DNA of 64,000 nt from Betaproteobacteria bacterium (GTDB taxonomy: Bacteria > Pseudomonadota > Gammaproteobacteria > Burkholderiales > UBA3065). Positions 25,128 to 36,131 of the stretch are shown here, piece after piece (position 1 is the stretch's first letter; each line of letters opens with the position of its first letter). The position numbers and the translations under genes are program-made. The notes under the pieces are model-generated. The model was not told the origin of the DNA. It made no database searches and saw nothing but the letters and a program-made list of their open reading frames with translations. Location: contig RFSW01000001.1 in the NCBI GenBank assembly GCA_009923755.1, forward strand, positions 453 to 64,452. Direction: 5' to 3'.

Positions 25128-26245
25128 CAGCGGTCTCCGGTGGGGCTGCGGCGGCGCGGGGCGGCTGCGGGTTCGCTGGCGGCGGCCTGAAGCGCGGCGT
25201 CGGTCCTTGCGGGTCCCGCGGGCAGGTCGAGCCGTCCGACGAAGTCGACCAGCGCTGCTGGCAGCGGCGCCTCCACCGTCATCGTCTCGCCGGTGGCGGG
25301 GTGGGTGAAGGACATACGGGCGGCGTGCAGGAACATACGCTTGAGACCCATGCGCGCGAGTTCATGATTCCAGTCGTAGTCGCCGTACTTGTCGTCGCCG
25401 GCGATCGGGTGGCCGGTGTGCAGCAAATGGACGCGGATCTGGTGGGTGCGGCCGGTGAGCAGTTCGCAGTCGAGCAGGCAGGCCTGCGGCCAGCGGCGCA
25501 GCAGGCGGAACACCGTCTCGCTCGGCTGGCCCTCGGTGGCCACGCGCACCCGGCGCTCGCCGTCGCCGGCGACATACTTGAGCAGCGGCGCCTTCACCGC
25601 CCGCTTGTCGTCGCGCCACTTGCCGCTCACCAGCGCCAGGTAATGCTTGTCGGTGGCGCCATCGCGCAGTTCGTCGTGCAGGCGGCGTAGCGCCGAGCGC
25701 TTCTTCGCCAGCAGCAGCACGCCGGAGGTCTCGCGATCCAGCCGGTGTACCAGTTCGAGGTCGCGCAACTCGGGTCGTGCCGCGCGCACTTGCTCGATCA
25801 GGCCGTGACTGATGCCGCTGCCGCCATGCACCGCCACGCCGGCCGGTTTATCGACGATCAGCAGCTGCGCATCCTCGAACAGCACCGGGAAGTCGCGCGG
25901 CAGGGCCGGCGAGGTGTCGTCGCGCGCCGCCACCCGCACCGGCGGCAGGCGCACCGTCTGGCCGGCAGCCAGCTTGTGTTCGGGCTTGGCACGGCCGCCA
26001 TCCACGCGCACCTCGCCGCTGCGCAGGATGCGGTAGATGTGGCTTTTGGGCACGCCTTTGAGTTCGCGCAGCAGGAAGTTGTCGATGCGCTGGCCTGCGC
26101 TGCCTTCGTCGATGCTGAGAAAACGCACCGCCGGGGCCGGCGGCGGGGCTGGTGCCGGGACCAGCGCTGTGGCGCGCGGCCTTGCGGTGGCGGTCGGGAC
26201 GCTGGCTTCTTGCAGCGGACGCGCCCGGGCAGCTGTTTTGCGCAC
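25127..26245 (-). CDS. rluC: 23S rRNA pseudouridine synthase RluC (RluA family with S4 domain)
   Basis: Contains an S4 domain (GQRIDNFLLRELKGVPKSHIYRILRSGEVRVDG), the catalytic block HRLDRETSGVLLLAK and GRTHQIRVH. It is divergent from rne as in many proteobacteria. The start is uncertain because no in-frame ATG exists; I use GTG 26245. The 798-aa track ORF is an over-extension. Confidence 0.8.
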   Translation of the reverse strand: MRKTAARARPLQEASVPTATARPRATALVPAPAPPPAPAVRFLSIDEGSAGQRIDNFLLRELKGVPKSHIYRILRSGEVRVDGGRAKPEHKLAAGQTVRLPPVRVAARDDTSPALPRDFPVLFEDAQLLIVDKPAGVAVHGGSGISHGLIEQVRAARPELRDLELVHRLDRETSGVLLLAKKRSALRRLHDELRDGATDKHYLALVSGKWRDDKRAVKAPLLKYVAGDGERRVRVATEGQPSETVFRLLRRWPQACLLDCELLTGRTHQIRVHLLHTGHPIAGDDKYGDYDWNHELARMGLKRMFLHAARMSFTHPATGETMTVEAPLPAALVDFVGRLDLPAGPARTDAALQAAASEPAAAPRRRSPTGDR

Positions 26246-26710
26246 AGCGCCGCCAGTCCGTATACTCGGAGTTCCCGTCGGTTGGGTCCGGCGCGGACGA
26301 TTTCCCTGGTTAATGTCGTTCACCAGCTGCATTTGCAGACAAGCAACGAGTCTACCCAAGATTGCGTGCTCGAGACCGACAAGGTTTTCGGGCGGCGCGT
26401 CGAGTCGGAACACAGGCGCACATTGCGCTGCTTCGCCGGTCGGCGAGGGCTCCCGCAGTCCCCGACCCCCGCTGCAGCGTCGCCCGCGAGCATTGAGTCG
26501 GCCCTCTTGGCCGCGCCCGGGTTGCCCGTCCGCTGCTGTTCTCACCACCGCGCCACCCCTGGCATTGAGTGTCGTTTTGACCAACAGGCAGATCCCCGGA
26601 ACGCCCCCGCCCAGCCGCTGCGCAGTTGCGCAGGATCGGTTGCGCGTGGCCGTGTCCGTCCGCCCTTGAGCTGAACGCCGCATCCCCGCTCGAGCGCGCG
26701 GGAGAGTGTT
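26246..26710 (+). promoter_or_regulatory. Long rne 5' leader / rluC-rne divergent control region
   Basis: A ~460-nt non-coding gap precedes rne and contains several GC-rich inverted repeats. RNase E genes characteristically carry long structured autoregulatory 5' UTRs. The transcription start is not identified. Confidence 0.4.
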
Positions 26711-29455
26711 ATGAAGCGCATGTTGTTCAATGCGACGCAGGCCGAAGAGCTGCGCGTCGCCATCGTCGACGGTCAGAAACTGATCGACCTCGATATCGAG
26801 ACGGCTGGCCGCGAACAGCGGAAGTCCAATATTTACAAAGCCCGGATCACCCGCGTTGAGCCCAGCCTCGAGGCGGCGTTCGTCGATTACGGCACTGATC
26901 GCCACGGCTTCCTGCCGTTCAAGGAGATCACCAAGTCCGGCCTCGCCAGCGACGCCGACCCGGTCAAGGGTCGCCCCGCCGACTGGATCAAGGAAGGGCT
27001 TGAGCTCATCGTTCAGGTCGACAAGGACGAGCGCGGCAACAAGGGTGCGGCGCTGACCACCTACATCAGCCTTGCCGGACGCTACCTGGTGCTGATGCCC
27101 AACAACCCGCGCGGCGGCGGCGTGAGCCGGCGCATCGAGGGTGAGGACCGCAACGAGTTGCGCGACCTCATCACGCAGCTCGAGATCCCGTCCGGCATGA
27201 GTGTCATCGCGCGCACCGCCGGCATCGGCCGCACGCTCGAAGAGCTCCAGTGGGACCTCAACTATCTGCTGCAACTGTGGCGCGCCATCGAGGGCGCCGC
27301 CGACAGCTCCCCGGCACCGTTCCTGATCTATCAGGAGTCGAGTCTGGTGATCCGCGCCATCCGTGACTACTTTACCGCCGACATCGGCGAGATCCTGATC
27401 GACACGCCGGCCATCCACGAGCAGGCCGAGCAGTTCATGAGCCACGTGATGCCGGGCAACGTCAATCGCGTCAAGCTCTACAAGGACGACGTGCCGCTGT
27501 TCTCGCGCTTCCAGATCGAGCACCAGATCGAGACAGCGTACTCGCGGCAGGTCAATCTGCCGTCAGGCGGGGCGATCGTCATCGACCACACCGAGGCGCT
27601 GGTCGCCATCGACGTCAACTCGGCGCGTGCCACGCGCGGTTCGGACATCGAGGAGACCGCCTTCCGCACCAACCTGGAGGCCGCCGACGAGGTGGCCCGC
27701 CAGCTTCGCCTGCGTGACCTCGGTGGTCTGGTGGTGATCGACTTCATCGACATGGAATCTGCCAAGAACCAGCGCGAGGTCGAGAACCGCCTTAAGGACG
27801 CGCTGCATCTGGACCGCGCCCGTGTGCAGATGGGCAAGATCAGCCGCTTCGGCATGCTCGAGCTGTCGCGTCAGCGCCTGCGTCCGGCTTTGTCCGAGGG
27901 CAGCCATATCCCGTGCCCGCGCTGCCACGGCACCGGCTTCGTGCGTGACACCGAGTCGACCGCGCTGCACGTGCTGCGCATCATTCAGGAAGAGTCGATG
28001 AAGGAGAACACCGCCGCCGTGCACGTGCAGGTGCCGGTGGACGTCGCGACCTTCCTGCTCAACGAGAAGCGGACCGACATCTGGGGCATGGAGGCGCGCC
28101 TCAAGGTCAACGTCATCGTCATCCCCAACGTGCATCTGGACACGCCGAATTACGAGATCAAGCGCCTGCGCCACGACGACCTGCGCGATGCCGACCAGAC
28201 CATCGCCAGCTACCAGATGGCCGAGAAGCCGAAGGAAGAGGAAGAGTCGGGCAAGGGCAAGGAACGCGAGGCGGTGCGTCAGGAAGCGGCGGTCAAGGGC
28301 ATCACGCCATCGCAGCCGGCACCTGTGGTGGCACCCCCGCCGCCGGTGATGCCGGCCCCGGTGCCGGCGCCAGCGCCGTCGGGCGGCATTCTCAGCAAGT
28401 TGTTCGGTTGGCTGGCACCCAAGCCGGCCACGCCCGCACCCGCACCGGCACCCGCGCCGGCAGCACCTGCGGCCCGCAGCGAGGCCCCGCAACGCGGCGA
28501 GCGTGAGTCCGGTCGCGGGGGTCGCGGTCGCGGCGAGCGCGGTGGACGTGGCGGCCGCGGTCGTGGTGAGGCGCCCCGCAGCGATGCCACTGAGGGCCGC
28601 GAGGCGCGTCCGGTCGAGTCGCGCGGCGAAACCCGCAGCGACCGCGCCGCTCAGAGTCGGAACAGTGAGGGGCGCGGTCGCGATGGCCGTGCGCCGCGCG
28701 ATGAGCGCGCCGCTGAACCGCGTCCGCCGCGCGAGGCGCTGGTCGACGCCGGTGTCGCCGATACGGTGGGCGTGGAATCTGCCGGCGAAGGTCGTTCGCG
28801 CCGTCGTCGCCGCCGGCGTGGCGGTGGTGGTGGCGCCGAGCGCGACAGCGCGACCGGTCTTGAGCGGGTGCTCGACGACTCGATCGAGGCCGCTGACCTG
28901 AGTGCCGAGTCGGCACAAGTGGTCGAGGACGAGGAGATGGTCGCGCTCGACGAGATCCTGCCGGAAGTCGCCGAGTCGGCATCCGAGGCGCCCGCAGCGG
29001 CCGAAGCGACGGAGACTCCGGTCACCACCGCCTCGGGCGCGCGTCAGCGTCGACCGCGTCGCGCCACCGCGGAACAGGCAGAAGCGGCGGATGCTTCGGC
29101 ACCCGAGGCGGCGACCGACGCCGGCGCGCCGGTCGCCGAGGTGGTCGCGGCGACTGCCCCTGCGCCTGCCGCGGCCCCAGCCGAGGCTGAGGCGCATGCA
29201 GAAGCTGCGCCCGTCGTCGCCGAGGCGGCGCCAGTGGCACCCGCCCGTCGGCGTGCGCCGCGTGCGGTGCCCAAGGTCGAGATCCCGGTCGATCCTAACC
29301 TCGAGCAGGTGGAGACGGTCGCGGCTGAGGCTCCAGCGCCTGCCGCCGCCGAAGCCACACCGGTGACGCCGCGCAAGCCGCGTCCGCGCCGCACGCCGGC
29401 GCGCAAGGCTGGTGAAGAGGCGCTCGAGCAGGTCGAAACGCGCAGCGGCGAGTAG
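26711..29455 (+). CDS. rne: Ribonuclease E
   Basis: 914 aa. Starts [24 protein letters not shown]. Has an S1 domain, the DNase-I-like core, the Zn-link CPRCHGTG, and a low-complexity Arg/Gly/Pro/Ala/Glu-rich C-terminal scaffold. Confidence 0.95.
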   Translation: MKRMLFNATQAEELRVAIVDGQKLIDLDIETAGREQRKSNIYKARITRVEPSLEAAFVDYGTDRHGFLPFKEITKSGLASDADPVKGRPADWIKEGLELIVQVDKDERGNKGAALTTYISLAGRYLVLMPNNPRGGGVSRRIEGEDRNELRDLITQLEIPSGMSVIARTAGIGRTLEELQWDLNYLLQLWRAIEGAADSSPAPFLIYQESSLVIRAIRDYFTADIGEILIDTPAIHEQAEQFMSHVMPGNVNRVKLYKDDVPLFSRFQIEHQIETAYSRQVNLPSGGAIVIDHTEALVAIDVNSARATRGSDIEETAFRTNLEAADEVARQLRLRDLGGLVVIDFIDMESAKNQREVENRLKDALHLDRARVQMGKISRFGMLELSRQRLRPALSEGSHIPCPRCHGTGFVRDTESTALHVLRIIQEESMKENTAAVHVQVPVDVATFLLNEKRTDIWGMEARLKVNVIVIPNVHLDTPNYEIKRLRHDDLRDADQTIASYQMAEKPKEEEESGKGKEREAVRQEAAVKGITPSQPAPVVAPPPPVMPAPVPAPAPSGGILSKLFGWLAPKPATPAPAPAPAPAAPAARSEAPQRGERESGRGGRGRGERGGRGGRGRGEAPRSDATEGREARPVESRGETRSDRAAQSRNSEGRGRDGRAPRDERAAEPRPPREALVDAGVADTVGVESAGEGRSRRRRRRRGGGGGAERDSATGLERVLDDSIEAADLSAESAQVVEDEEMVALDEILPEVAESASEAPAAAEATETPVTTASGARQRRPRRATAEQAEAADASAPEAATDAGAPVAEVVAATAPAPAAAPAEAEAHAEAAPVVAEAAPVAPARRRAPRAVPKVEIPVDPNLEQVETVAAEAPAPAAAEATPVTPRKPRPRRTPARKAGEEALEQVETRSGE

Positions 29456-29459
29456 GGCG

Positions 29460-30455
29460 GTGGCCGGCGCTTTCTGCATCGGCCGCCGTTTTGCGGTGAG
29501 CCGGGCGCTCGGCGAAGATGCCCGCGCCTTCCTCAACGGCCAGTTGTCCAGCGACGTCAAGTCCTTGGCCGCTGGCAGCTGGCAGCTGTCCAGCTACAGC
29601 ACGCCCAAGGGCCGTGCGCTCGCCACGTTCCTGGTGGCGGCGCAGGGCACACCGGAGACGTTCTGGCTGGTGACCCGACAGAGCGTGGCCGAACCGACCT
29701 TCAAGCGCTTGGCGATGTTCGTGCTGCGCAGCAAGGTGCAGTGGGCGCATCAGACGCACGTGCTGATCGGCGTCTATGGCTCAACCGGCGGCCTGGCACT
29801 GGCCGAGTTGCTCGGTGTCGAGCCGCCGGCTGCCGGCTTCTGCGCGGTACCGGCCGACGCCTCGCCGTGGGCGCAGACCTGCCGCGCGGCCGGCGACTTG
29901 GCCGACCCGGCGTTGCTGGTGGTTGGCTTGCAGGCCGATGCCTGGTGGCTGTTGCTGCCCGAATCCGCGGTTACAGCGGCCGCCGATGCGCTGCGTCGGC
30001 TGCTGCCGGAGATCGATGGCGCCGGGTGGGATGCGGTCGAAGTCGCGGCCGGGCGTCCTTGGGTGGAGGCGGGCACGGTCGAGTCCTTCGTGCCGCAGAT
30101 GCTGAACCTCGACCTCACCGGAGGCGTCAGCTTCAAGAAAGGCTGCTATCCGGGGCAGGAGATCGTCGCCCGCACCCAGTACCTCGGCAAGGTCAAGCGG
30201 CGCATGGTGCGCCTCGCCTGTCAATCAGCCGATGGCGCTTTGCCTGCGCCGGGCACGCCCGTGCATGCGGCCGGCGACGACGCGCAGGCGATCGGCGAGG
30301 TGGTGCTGGCAGCGCCCCTCGCGGCCGGCCAGGTGCAGCTCCTCGCGGTGTTGCAGATGGACCTCGCGGCGGGTGCCGACCTGCGCCTCGGCGCGCCTTC
30401 TGGCGCGGCGCTGGAGCCGCTCGAACTGCCTTACGCCCTCGGCTCGGCGAGTTGA
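29460..30455 (+). CDS. ygfZ: Folate-binding tRNA-modification/Fe-S protein YgfZ
   Basis: Has the signature [22 protein letters not shown] and a GcvT-like fold. Start set at GTG 29460 just after the rne stop; the track start at 29412 would overlap rne. Confidence 0.8.
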   Translation: MAGAFCIGRRFAVSRALGEDARAFLNGQLSSDVKSLAAGSWQLSSYSTPKGRALATFLVAAQGTPETFWLVTRQSVAEPTFKRLAMFVLRSKVQWAHQTHVLIGVYGSTGGLALAELLGVEPPAAGFCAVPADASPWAQTCRAAGDLADPALLVVGLQADAWWLLLPESAVTAAADALRRLLPEIDGAGWDAVEVAAGRPWVEAGTVESFVPQMLNLDLTGGVSFKKGCYPGQEIVARTQYLGKVKRRMVRLACQSADGALPAPGTPVHAAGDDAQAIGEVVLAAPLAAGQVQLLAVLQMDLAAGADLRLGAPSGAALEPLELPYALGSAS

Positions 30456-30597
30456 CCGAAGCGTCCGACGCATCGGTCACGTGGCCGAAGATGGGCCCCG
30501 GTACGCATGCAATAATCCGCCGCACGTTGGGGATCCGGCCGGCGCTCACGCACCGCTGATCTCCCTAGACCCCTCATCGCCACCCCAGGAGATCCCG

Positions 30598-31600
<1,003 letters not shown>

Positions 31601-31626
<26 letters not shown>

Positions 31627-32203
31627 GCCGCCGCGCAGGCCCCGCAAGCCGGTCACCGTGCTGCAGCGCGCGGTGCGCCTGTTGGCGCGTCGCGACATGA
31701 GCCGTGCCGAGTTGCTAGCGCGGCTTGCCACCGCGCGGTCTGCGGAGAGCAGCGCCGTCCCGGCGGATAAAGCTCCAGAATCCCCTGATGTCGTAAGCTC
31801 TGGCGCACCCACCGACCCCGCGGGCGACATCGAAGCTGCGTTGGTGCGCCTGCAAGCCTTGGGTCTGCAGTCCGACAGCCGCTTTGCTGAGAATTACGTG
31901 CGTGGCCGTCAAGCGCGCACCGGCAGTCGCCGACTCGTGGCCGAGCTCCGGCACAAGGGCGTCGATGCCGAAACCATCGATGCTGCCCTCGCCGAGCTGG
32001 CCGGGAGTGACCTGCAGCGCGCCCGCGCACTCTGGGCGGGTCGCTTCGAGTTCACCCGCGATCCGCGCGAACGCGCGCGGCAGATGCGATTCCTGGCCGG
32101 CCGCGGCTTCGATCCAGGCGTGATCCGTACGGTCGTCGGTGGCACGCCCGAAGACGACACATCTGTTGTCGACGACCTGCCGCAGCAGCCCGCAGAAGAC
32201 TAA
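31601..32203 (+). CDS. recX: RecA regulator RecX
   Basis: Lies immediately after and overlaps the recA end. Shows a three-helix-repeat pattern ([16 protein letters not shown], ...[25 protein letters not shown], ...RFLAGRGFD). Start is GTG 31601 or 31613. Confidence 0.75.
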
Positions 32204-33138
32204 AAGCCGAGGTCGAAGCAGCGTCCGGCAAGGCAACGCAGGCGTTGCAGACGGGCGATCTCCGCCTTGCGGGTCGCCTCCGCCTGGCGTGCTGCAGCAG
32301 CCTCTGCCTCGGCCTTCTTGCGCGCCTCTTCCTCGGCTGCCTGGCGTGCCTGCTCCTCCGCTGCCGCACGTGCGGCCTCATCCGCTGCTGCTTTTTCGCG
32401 CGCCGCTTTTTCGGCATCGAGCCGTGCAGTCCGAACGTCCTCCGGCTCGCGCAGCGCCAGCGCCACCCGTTGACCGCTGGCGGCCGCCACCAGAGCCGCG
32501 TCCTCGTCGAGCTGGCGAGCCGTGCGGCCGCTGCCGGTCATGTAGACATCATTGCAGCGGGTCTGCCGCGGGTCGCCTTTGGAGATCGGACAGGGCACAT
32601 CGACGCGACGGGGCAGGTTGGCAAAGCGCTCGCAGGCCGCGACCACGCTGCGCACCTGCGGCTCCTCGGGGCTCTCTGCCCGGCGACGTAGCGCCGTGCC
32701 GCCAGCCACCAGCACCTGGCCGGTGCCGTATTCAACGCACTCGCGTTGTCGCACTGGCATGGCTGCGAGGTAGGTGTCCCAACGCTCGCGCAGTTGCGCA
32801 CCGTTGGCCTGCACCGTGATGTCACGAAAGTAACGGCCGCTGCAACCCGACACCGAGAGCGAGCCGTAAAAGCGGAAGCGGCCCTCCCAGACGATGGTCT
32901 GCGGCCCGTCGCTGCGCGGCGTGTAGCCCACCACCGTCTGAAAGTGGGGCGGCCCGAGCTCACGCTCGAGGCGGCTGCCATCAGGCAGAGCGATCTCGAT
33001 GTTGCAAGGCTGGTCACCGGTCGGGTTGACCGAGATGCGCAGCGGCGTCTCGCGCCCCACGACGAAGCTGTCGGCTGCTACCGCGCTGCCCAGCCAAAGG
33101 CCGAGCAGCATGGCCACAGTGCACCCCCCCGCCCGCAT
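32200..33138 (-). CDS. Hypothetical secreted Cys-rich protein with C-terminal Ala/Glu/Lys coiled coil
   Basis: ATG 33138 gives MRAGGCTVAMLLGLWLGSAVA|ADS, a signal-peptide-like N-terminus. The globular region has about 8 Cys. The tail is ...LDAEKAAREKAAADEAARAAAEEQARQAAEEEARKKAEAEAAAARQAEATRKAEIARLQ. It starts 4 nt after the kinase stop. I recognise no family. Confidence 0.55.
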   Translation of the reverse strand: MRAGGCTVAMLLGLWLGSAVAADSFVVGRETPLRISVNPTGDQPCNIEIALPDGSRLERELGPPHFQTVVGYTPRSDGPQTIVWEGRFRFYGSLSVSGCSGRYFRDITVQANGAQLRERWDTYLAAMPVRQRECVEYGTGQVLVAGGTALRRRAESPEEPQVRSVVAACERFANLPRRVDVPCPISKGDPRQTRCNDVYMTGSGRTARQLDEDAALVAAASGQRVALALREPEDVRTARLDAEKAAREKAAADEAARAAAEEQARQAAEEEARKKAEAEAAAARQAEATRKAEIARLQRLRCLAGRCFDLGF

Positions 33139-33142
33139 CCAG

Positions 33143-35989
33143 TCAGGGCGTCTCCGGCTGCACGCCCTCAGTGCGGCCGCGGGTGACGCTGTGTACCAGC
33201 TCGAATAGCCGGTTCTTGTCGATCGGCTTGGCCAAAAGGTCGTTGGCGCCAGCTTCGAACACACGATCGCGATCCTCACCCATGGTGTCTGCAGTAAAGG
33301 CAATAATCGGCAGATTGGCGCCATTCTGAAGTCCCCTGATCTGCCGGGTCGCTTCGATACCGCTCATCACCGGCATGCGCATGTCCATCAGCACCACGTC
33401 ATAGCAGCTTTCGGCACCGCCTGCCGCCACTGCAGCAACCGCTTCGCGGCCGTCACAGGCTTGTGTCACCACTGCATGGGCGCGCTCCAGCATGGTGCTG
33501 ACCACCTCGCGATTGATCAGATTATCGTCGACTACCAGCACGCGCAGGCCGCCGATGTCGGGTAGACCGCGTTCCAGGTCGCCGCTGGCGGTATCGGGTA
33601 GGGACACCGTTGCCAGCTCTACATCAGCCCAGAAGGTCGAGCCTTGGCCGACCGTGCTTCGCACGCCGACGTCACCCTGCATCAACTGGGCGAGCTGCTT
33701 GCAGATGTGCAGGCCGAGTCCGGTTCCGCCGTATTCGCGGGTGGTCGAGGTGCTCGCCTGCGAGTAGGGCTGGAACAGCCGATCGAGGCTGTCCGCATCG
33801 ATACCGATGCCTGTGTCGCTCACCTCAAAGCGGTAGCGGTTGGCGGCGATCTGCCGGACAGAGATGCTGATGGCGCCCTTGGCGGTGAACTTGAGGGCGT
33901 TCGCGATCAGGTTGTTGATAATCTGGCGTAGACGTACCGGGTCACCAAAGGCGGCTTTGGGCAATTGCGTCTCGTTCTGCCAAGTGAATCCCAGCCCGCG
34001 CGCCGCAGCCAGCGGTGCGTAGGTGTTGCGCAGGCTGGCCAGAAGTGTCGGCAGGTCGAAGATGACGTTGTCGAGTTCGAGCCGTCCGGACTCGATCTTG
34101 GTCATGTCGAGGACCTGGCCCATCAGCTCCGCCATCTCCTTGCCGCTGACCACGATCTGGGCCAGATAACCCCGGCGCACGCCTTCCTCGACGTCTGGTG
34201 AGCGCGCCAGTTCGGCCATGCCGAGAATGGCATTGAGCGGTGTGCGCAGTTCATGGTTGATGGTGGCGAAGAACTCTGTCTTGGCGCGGTTGGCGTCGCG
34301 CTGACTCTCAGCCAGCGCCTCGGCCGCCTTGCGACGCTCGTGCTCGGCGGTGTAGCGGTCTTCGATGACGCGCCGGTTTTCGACTTCGAGCTGGCTTGCA
34401 CGCAGCAGTGCCTGCTCTGCCTGTTTGCGTGGAGTGATGTCGCTGATCACACCCAGCACCCGCAACGGCTTGCTCGGCTCCTCGAACACGCCAGCGCACA
34501 CCGACACCCAGTGTTCGCTGTCGTCCGGCCAGATCACCCGGAATTCGCGGGCCCACTGGCGTTTTTCTTCAAACACCGTACGGTTCCAGTCGGAGAACAC
34601 CTCGTCTCGGTCGTCGGGGTGGATGGCGCGGTAATAGGTGTCGATGGTCCACACCGGGAGCGGCTGTTCATGGCCATAGCATTCGTCGTGCCGGCGCGAG
34701 CGCTCAAAGGTGCCGGTCTTGGTATCCATCTCCCATGTGCCCAGCTGCGCGACGTCGACTGCGTAAGCAAGACGGGTCTGGCTCTCGCGCAGCGCGGTCT
34801 GGGCCATGCGCCGTTCGGTGACATCGCTGGCGATCATCGAGTAGCCGGAGACCTCACCGTCAGCGTCGCGCACAGGCGAGAGCGTGACGGCCACATCGAC
34901 CAGAGCGCCGTTGCGGCGCTGGCGCCGGGTGTCGAAGTGAGGCACCCGCTCGCCGCCCACCACCAGGCCCGCCAGCTCGGTGGCTTCTTTGCGCAAGGCC
35001 TCGGGCACCAGCATGTCGATGTTGTGGCCGAGCGCTTCTTCGGCGCGATAACCAAACAGCTCTTGCGCCCCGTTATTCCAGCTGGTGATGGTGCCGTTCG
35101 GGTCGGAGGAGACGATCGCGTCGGTGGTTGAGCCGACGATCGCCGCGAGCCTCACCACCTCGTTCTCAGCGGCCTTGAGTTCGGTCTCGTCGAGGATCAG
35201 CATGGTTACGCCGCGTACCTGCCCCTCATCGTCCCGGTTGATGGTCGAGGTCACGCGCACCAGCGATTCGCCGCCACCCCGCCGGCCAAGCGCAAAAGCT
35301 TCGGTGGCGCGATCGCCCGCACCGACCAGATGTGGCACGCGCAGCAATGTGTCGATGCCGCTGGGCACGCTGCTGCAAACCGTCACCACTTCGCTCAGCA
35401 GGTGCCCGGTGGCGGCGTCGGCACTCCATCCGGTGAGCCGCTCGGCCACCGGGTTCATGCGCATGATGCGGCCGTCGCTGTCGGCCGAGATGAACCCTGC
35501 CCCGATCATCCCGAGGGTTGCCGAGAGGCCGAGCTCGGTGTCAAGCAAGTGTTCTTCGGCGGTCTTGCGTCGGGCGACCTCTTGCTCGAGTTCTCCGATG
35601 GCCTGCTGCAGCTGATCGACTGAAGGGATCTTCAGCATCTTGGGCAGTAGCGGCCAAAGGCCGACGGCGGTGACCACCGAAACCACAGCCGTGAACATCT
35701 TGCTGATCGAAAGGGCGCCGTAGGCCGGCACCCAGACCGTCCACACGTCCATCACGTGGGTGATGCCGCAGCCAAAGATGAATACGCTGAACAACACTGC
35801 CACCCAGCGGTAGCGAACGTCCGGCCGCCGGCTCAGGAAGGCGACGATGACCGCAGGGATGGAGAAGTAGGACAGCGCGATGACCGCATCCGAGATCACC
35901 ATCGACCAGAGCAGGGCAGGGGTCCAGGTCAGGCAGAAGCCATGTGGCAACAGACCTTTTTGACCCATCAGATCCGAGAGAAAGTCCAT
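33143..35989 (-). CDS. Hybrid sensor histidine kinase: N-terminal ethylene-binding-domain-like 3-TM module, multiple PAS/PAC, HisKA, HATPase_c, receiver
   Basis: 948 aa. Residues ~25-115 align to the ETR1 ethylene-binding domain (ISD..IA.YFSIP, YRWV, CG.TH, TAVVS). PAS/PAC repeats follow. The H-box is INHELRTPLNAILGMAEL, the G2 box is GGTGLGLHICKQL, and the receiver carries VLVVDDN and VVLMDMRMP. Confidence 0.85.
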   Translation of the reverse strand: MDFLSDLMGQKGLLPHGFCLTWTPALLWSMVISDAVIALSYFSIPAVIVAFLSRRPDVRYRWVAVLFSVFIFGCGITHVMDVWTVWVPAYGALSISKMFTAVVSVVTAVGLWPLLPKMLKIPSVDQLQQAIGELEQEVARRKTAEEHLLDTELGLSATLGMIGAGFISADSDGRIMRMNPVAERLTGWSADAATGHLLSEVVTVCSSVPSGIDTLLRVPHLVGAGDRATEAFALGRRGGGESLVRVTSTINRDDEGQVRGVTMLILDETELKAAENEVVRLAAIVGSTTDAIVSSDPNGTITSWNNGAQELFGYRAEEALGHNIDMLVPEALRKEATELAGLVVGGERVPHFDTRRQRRNGALVDVAVTLSPVRDADGEVSGYSMIASDVTERRMAQTALRESQTRLAYAVDVAQLGTWEMDTKTGTFERSRRHDECYGHEQPLPVWTIDTYYRAIHPDDRDEVFSDWNRTVFEEKRQWAREFRVIWPDDSEHWVSVCAGVFEEPSKPLRVLGVISDITPRKQAEQALLRASQLEVENRRVIEDRYTAEHERRKAAEALAESQRDANRAKTEFFATINHELRTPLNAILGMAELARSPDVEEGVRRGYLAQIVVSGKEMAELMGQVLDMTKIESGRLELDNVIFDLPTLLASLRNTYAPLAAARGLGFTWQNETQLPKAAFGDPVRLRQIINNLIANALKFTAKGAISISVRQIAANRYRFEVSDTGIGIDADSLDRLFQPYSQASTSTTREYGGTGLGLHICKQLAQLMQGDVGVRSTVGQGSTFWADVELATVSLPDTASGDLERGLPDIGGLRVLVVDDNLINREVVSTMLERAHAVVTQACDGREAVAAVAAGGAESCYDVVLMDMRMPVMSGIEATRQIRGLQNGANLPIIAFTADTMGEDRDRVFEAGANDLLAKPIDKNRLFELVHSVTRGRTEGVQPETP

Positions 35990-36131
35990 CCGTTACGTCT
36001 CCGCTGGCGTGTTTGGCAGAACCGGCCTGCCCAGGATTTAGAAGGCTTCCGTTTTAACACGTCAGTACAGCCGTATAAAACCGTTTTATTCAGCGGTATG
36101 GGGTCTTTCGGGGTCTTTCAAGCGGCGCCCT

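Noticed and set aside
25127-27523. 798-aa minus-strand ORF spanning rluC, the rne leader and the 5' part of rne.
   Set aside because: Only the C-terminal ~372 aa look like a protein (RluC). The upstream part is antisense to the rne leader and coding region and has no protein-like features.
28250-29455. Highly repetitive Arg/Gly ([20 protein letters not shown]) and Ala/Pro/Glu-rich tract in the 3' third of rne, with many overlapping alternative-frame ORFs.
   Set aside because: A low-complexity C-terminal scaffold is a normal feature of proteobacterial RNase E. The overlapping ORFs are compositional artefacts.
30456-30597. Looked for a LexA/SOS box (CTGT-N8-ACAG type) upstream of recA.
   Set aside because: No such palindrome is visible in the 142-nt upstream region. 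I cannot exclude a lineage-specific LexA motif, so no regulatory site is claimed.
35990-36131. Tandem GGGGTCTTTC x2 (about 36098-36117) and an AT-rich stretch upstream of the kinase gene, considered as a regulator binding site.
   Set aside because: There are only two short copies and I cannot match them to any motif. This is probably just the kinase promoter region, so it is not claimed as a feature.
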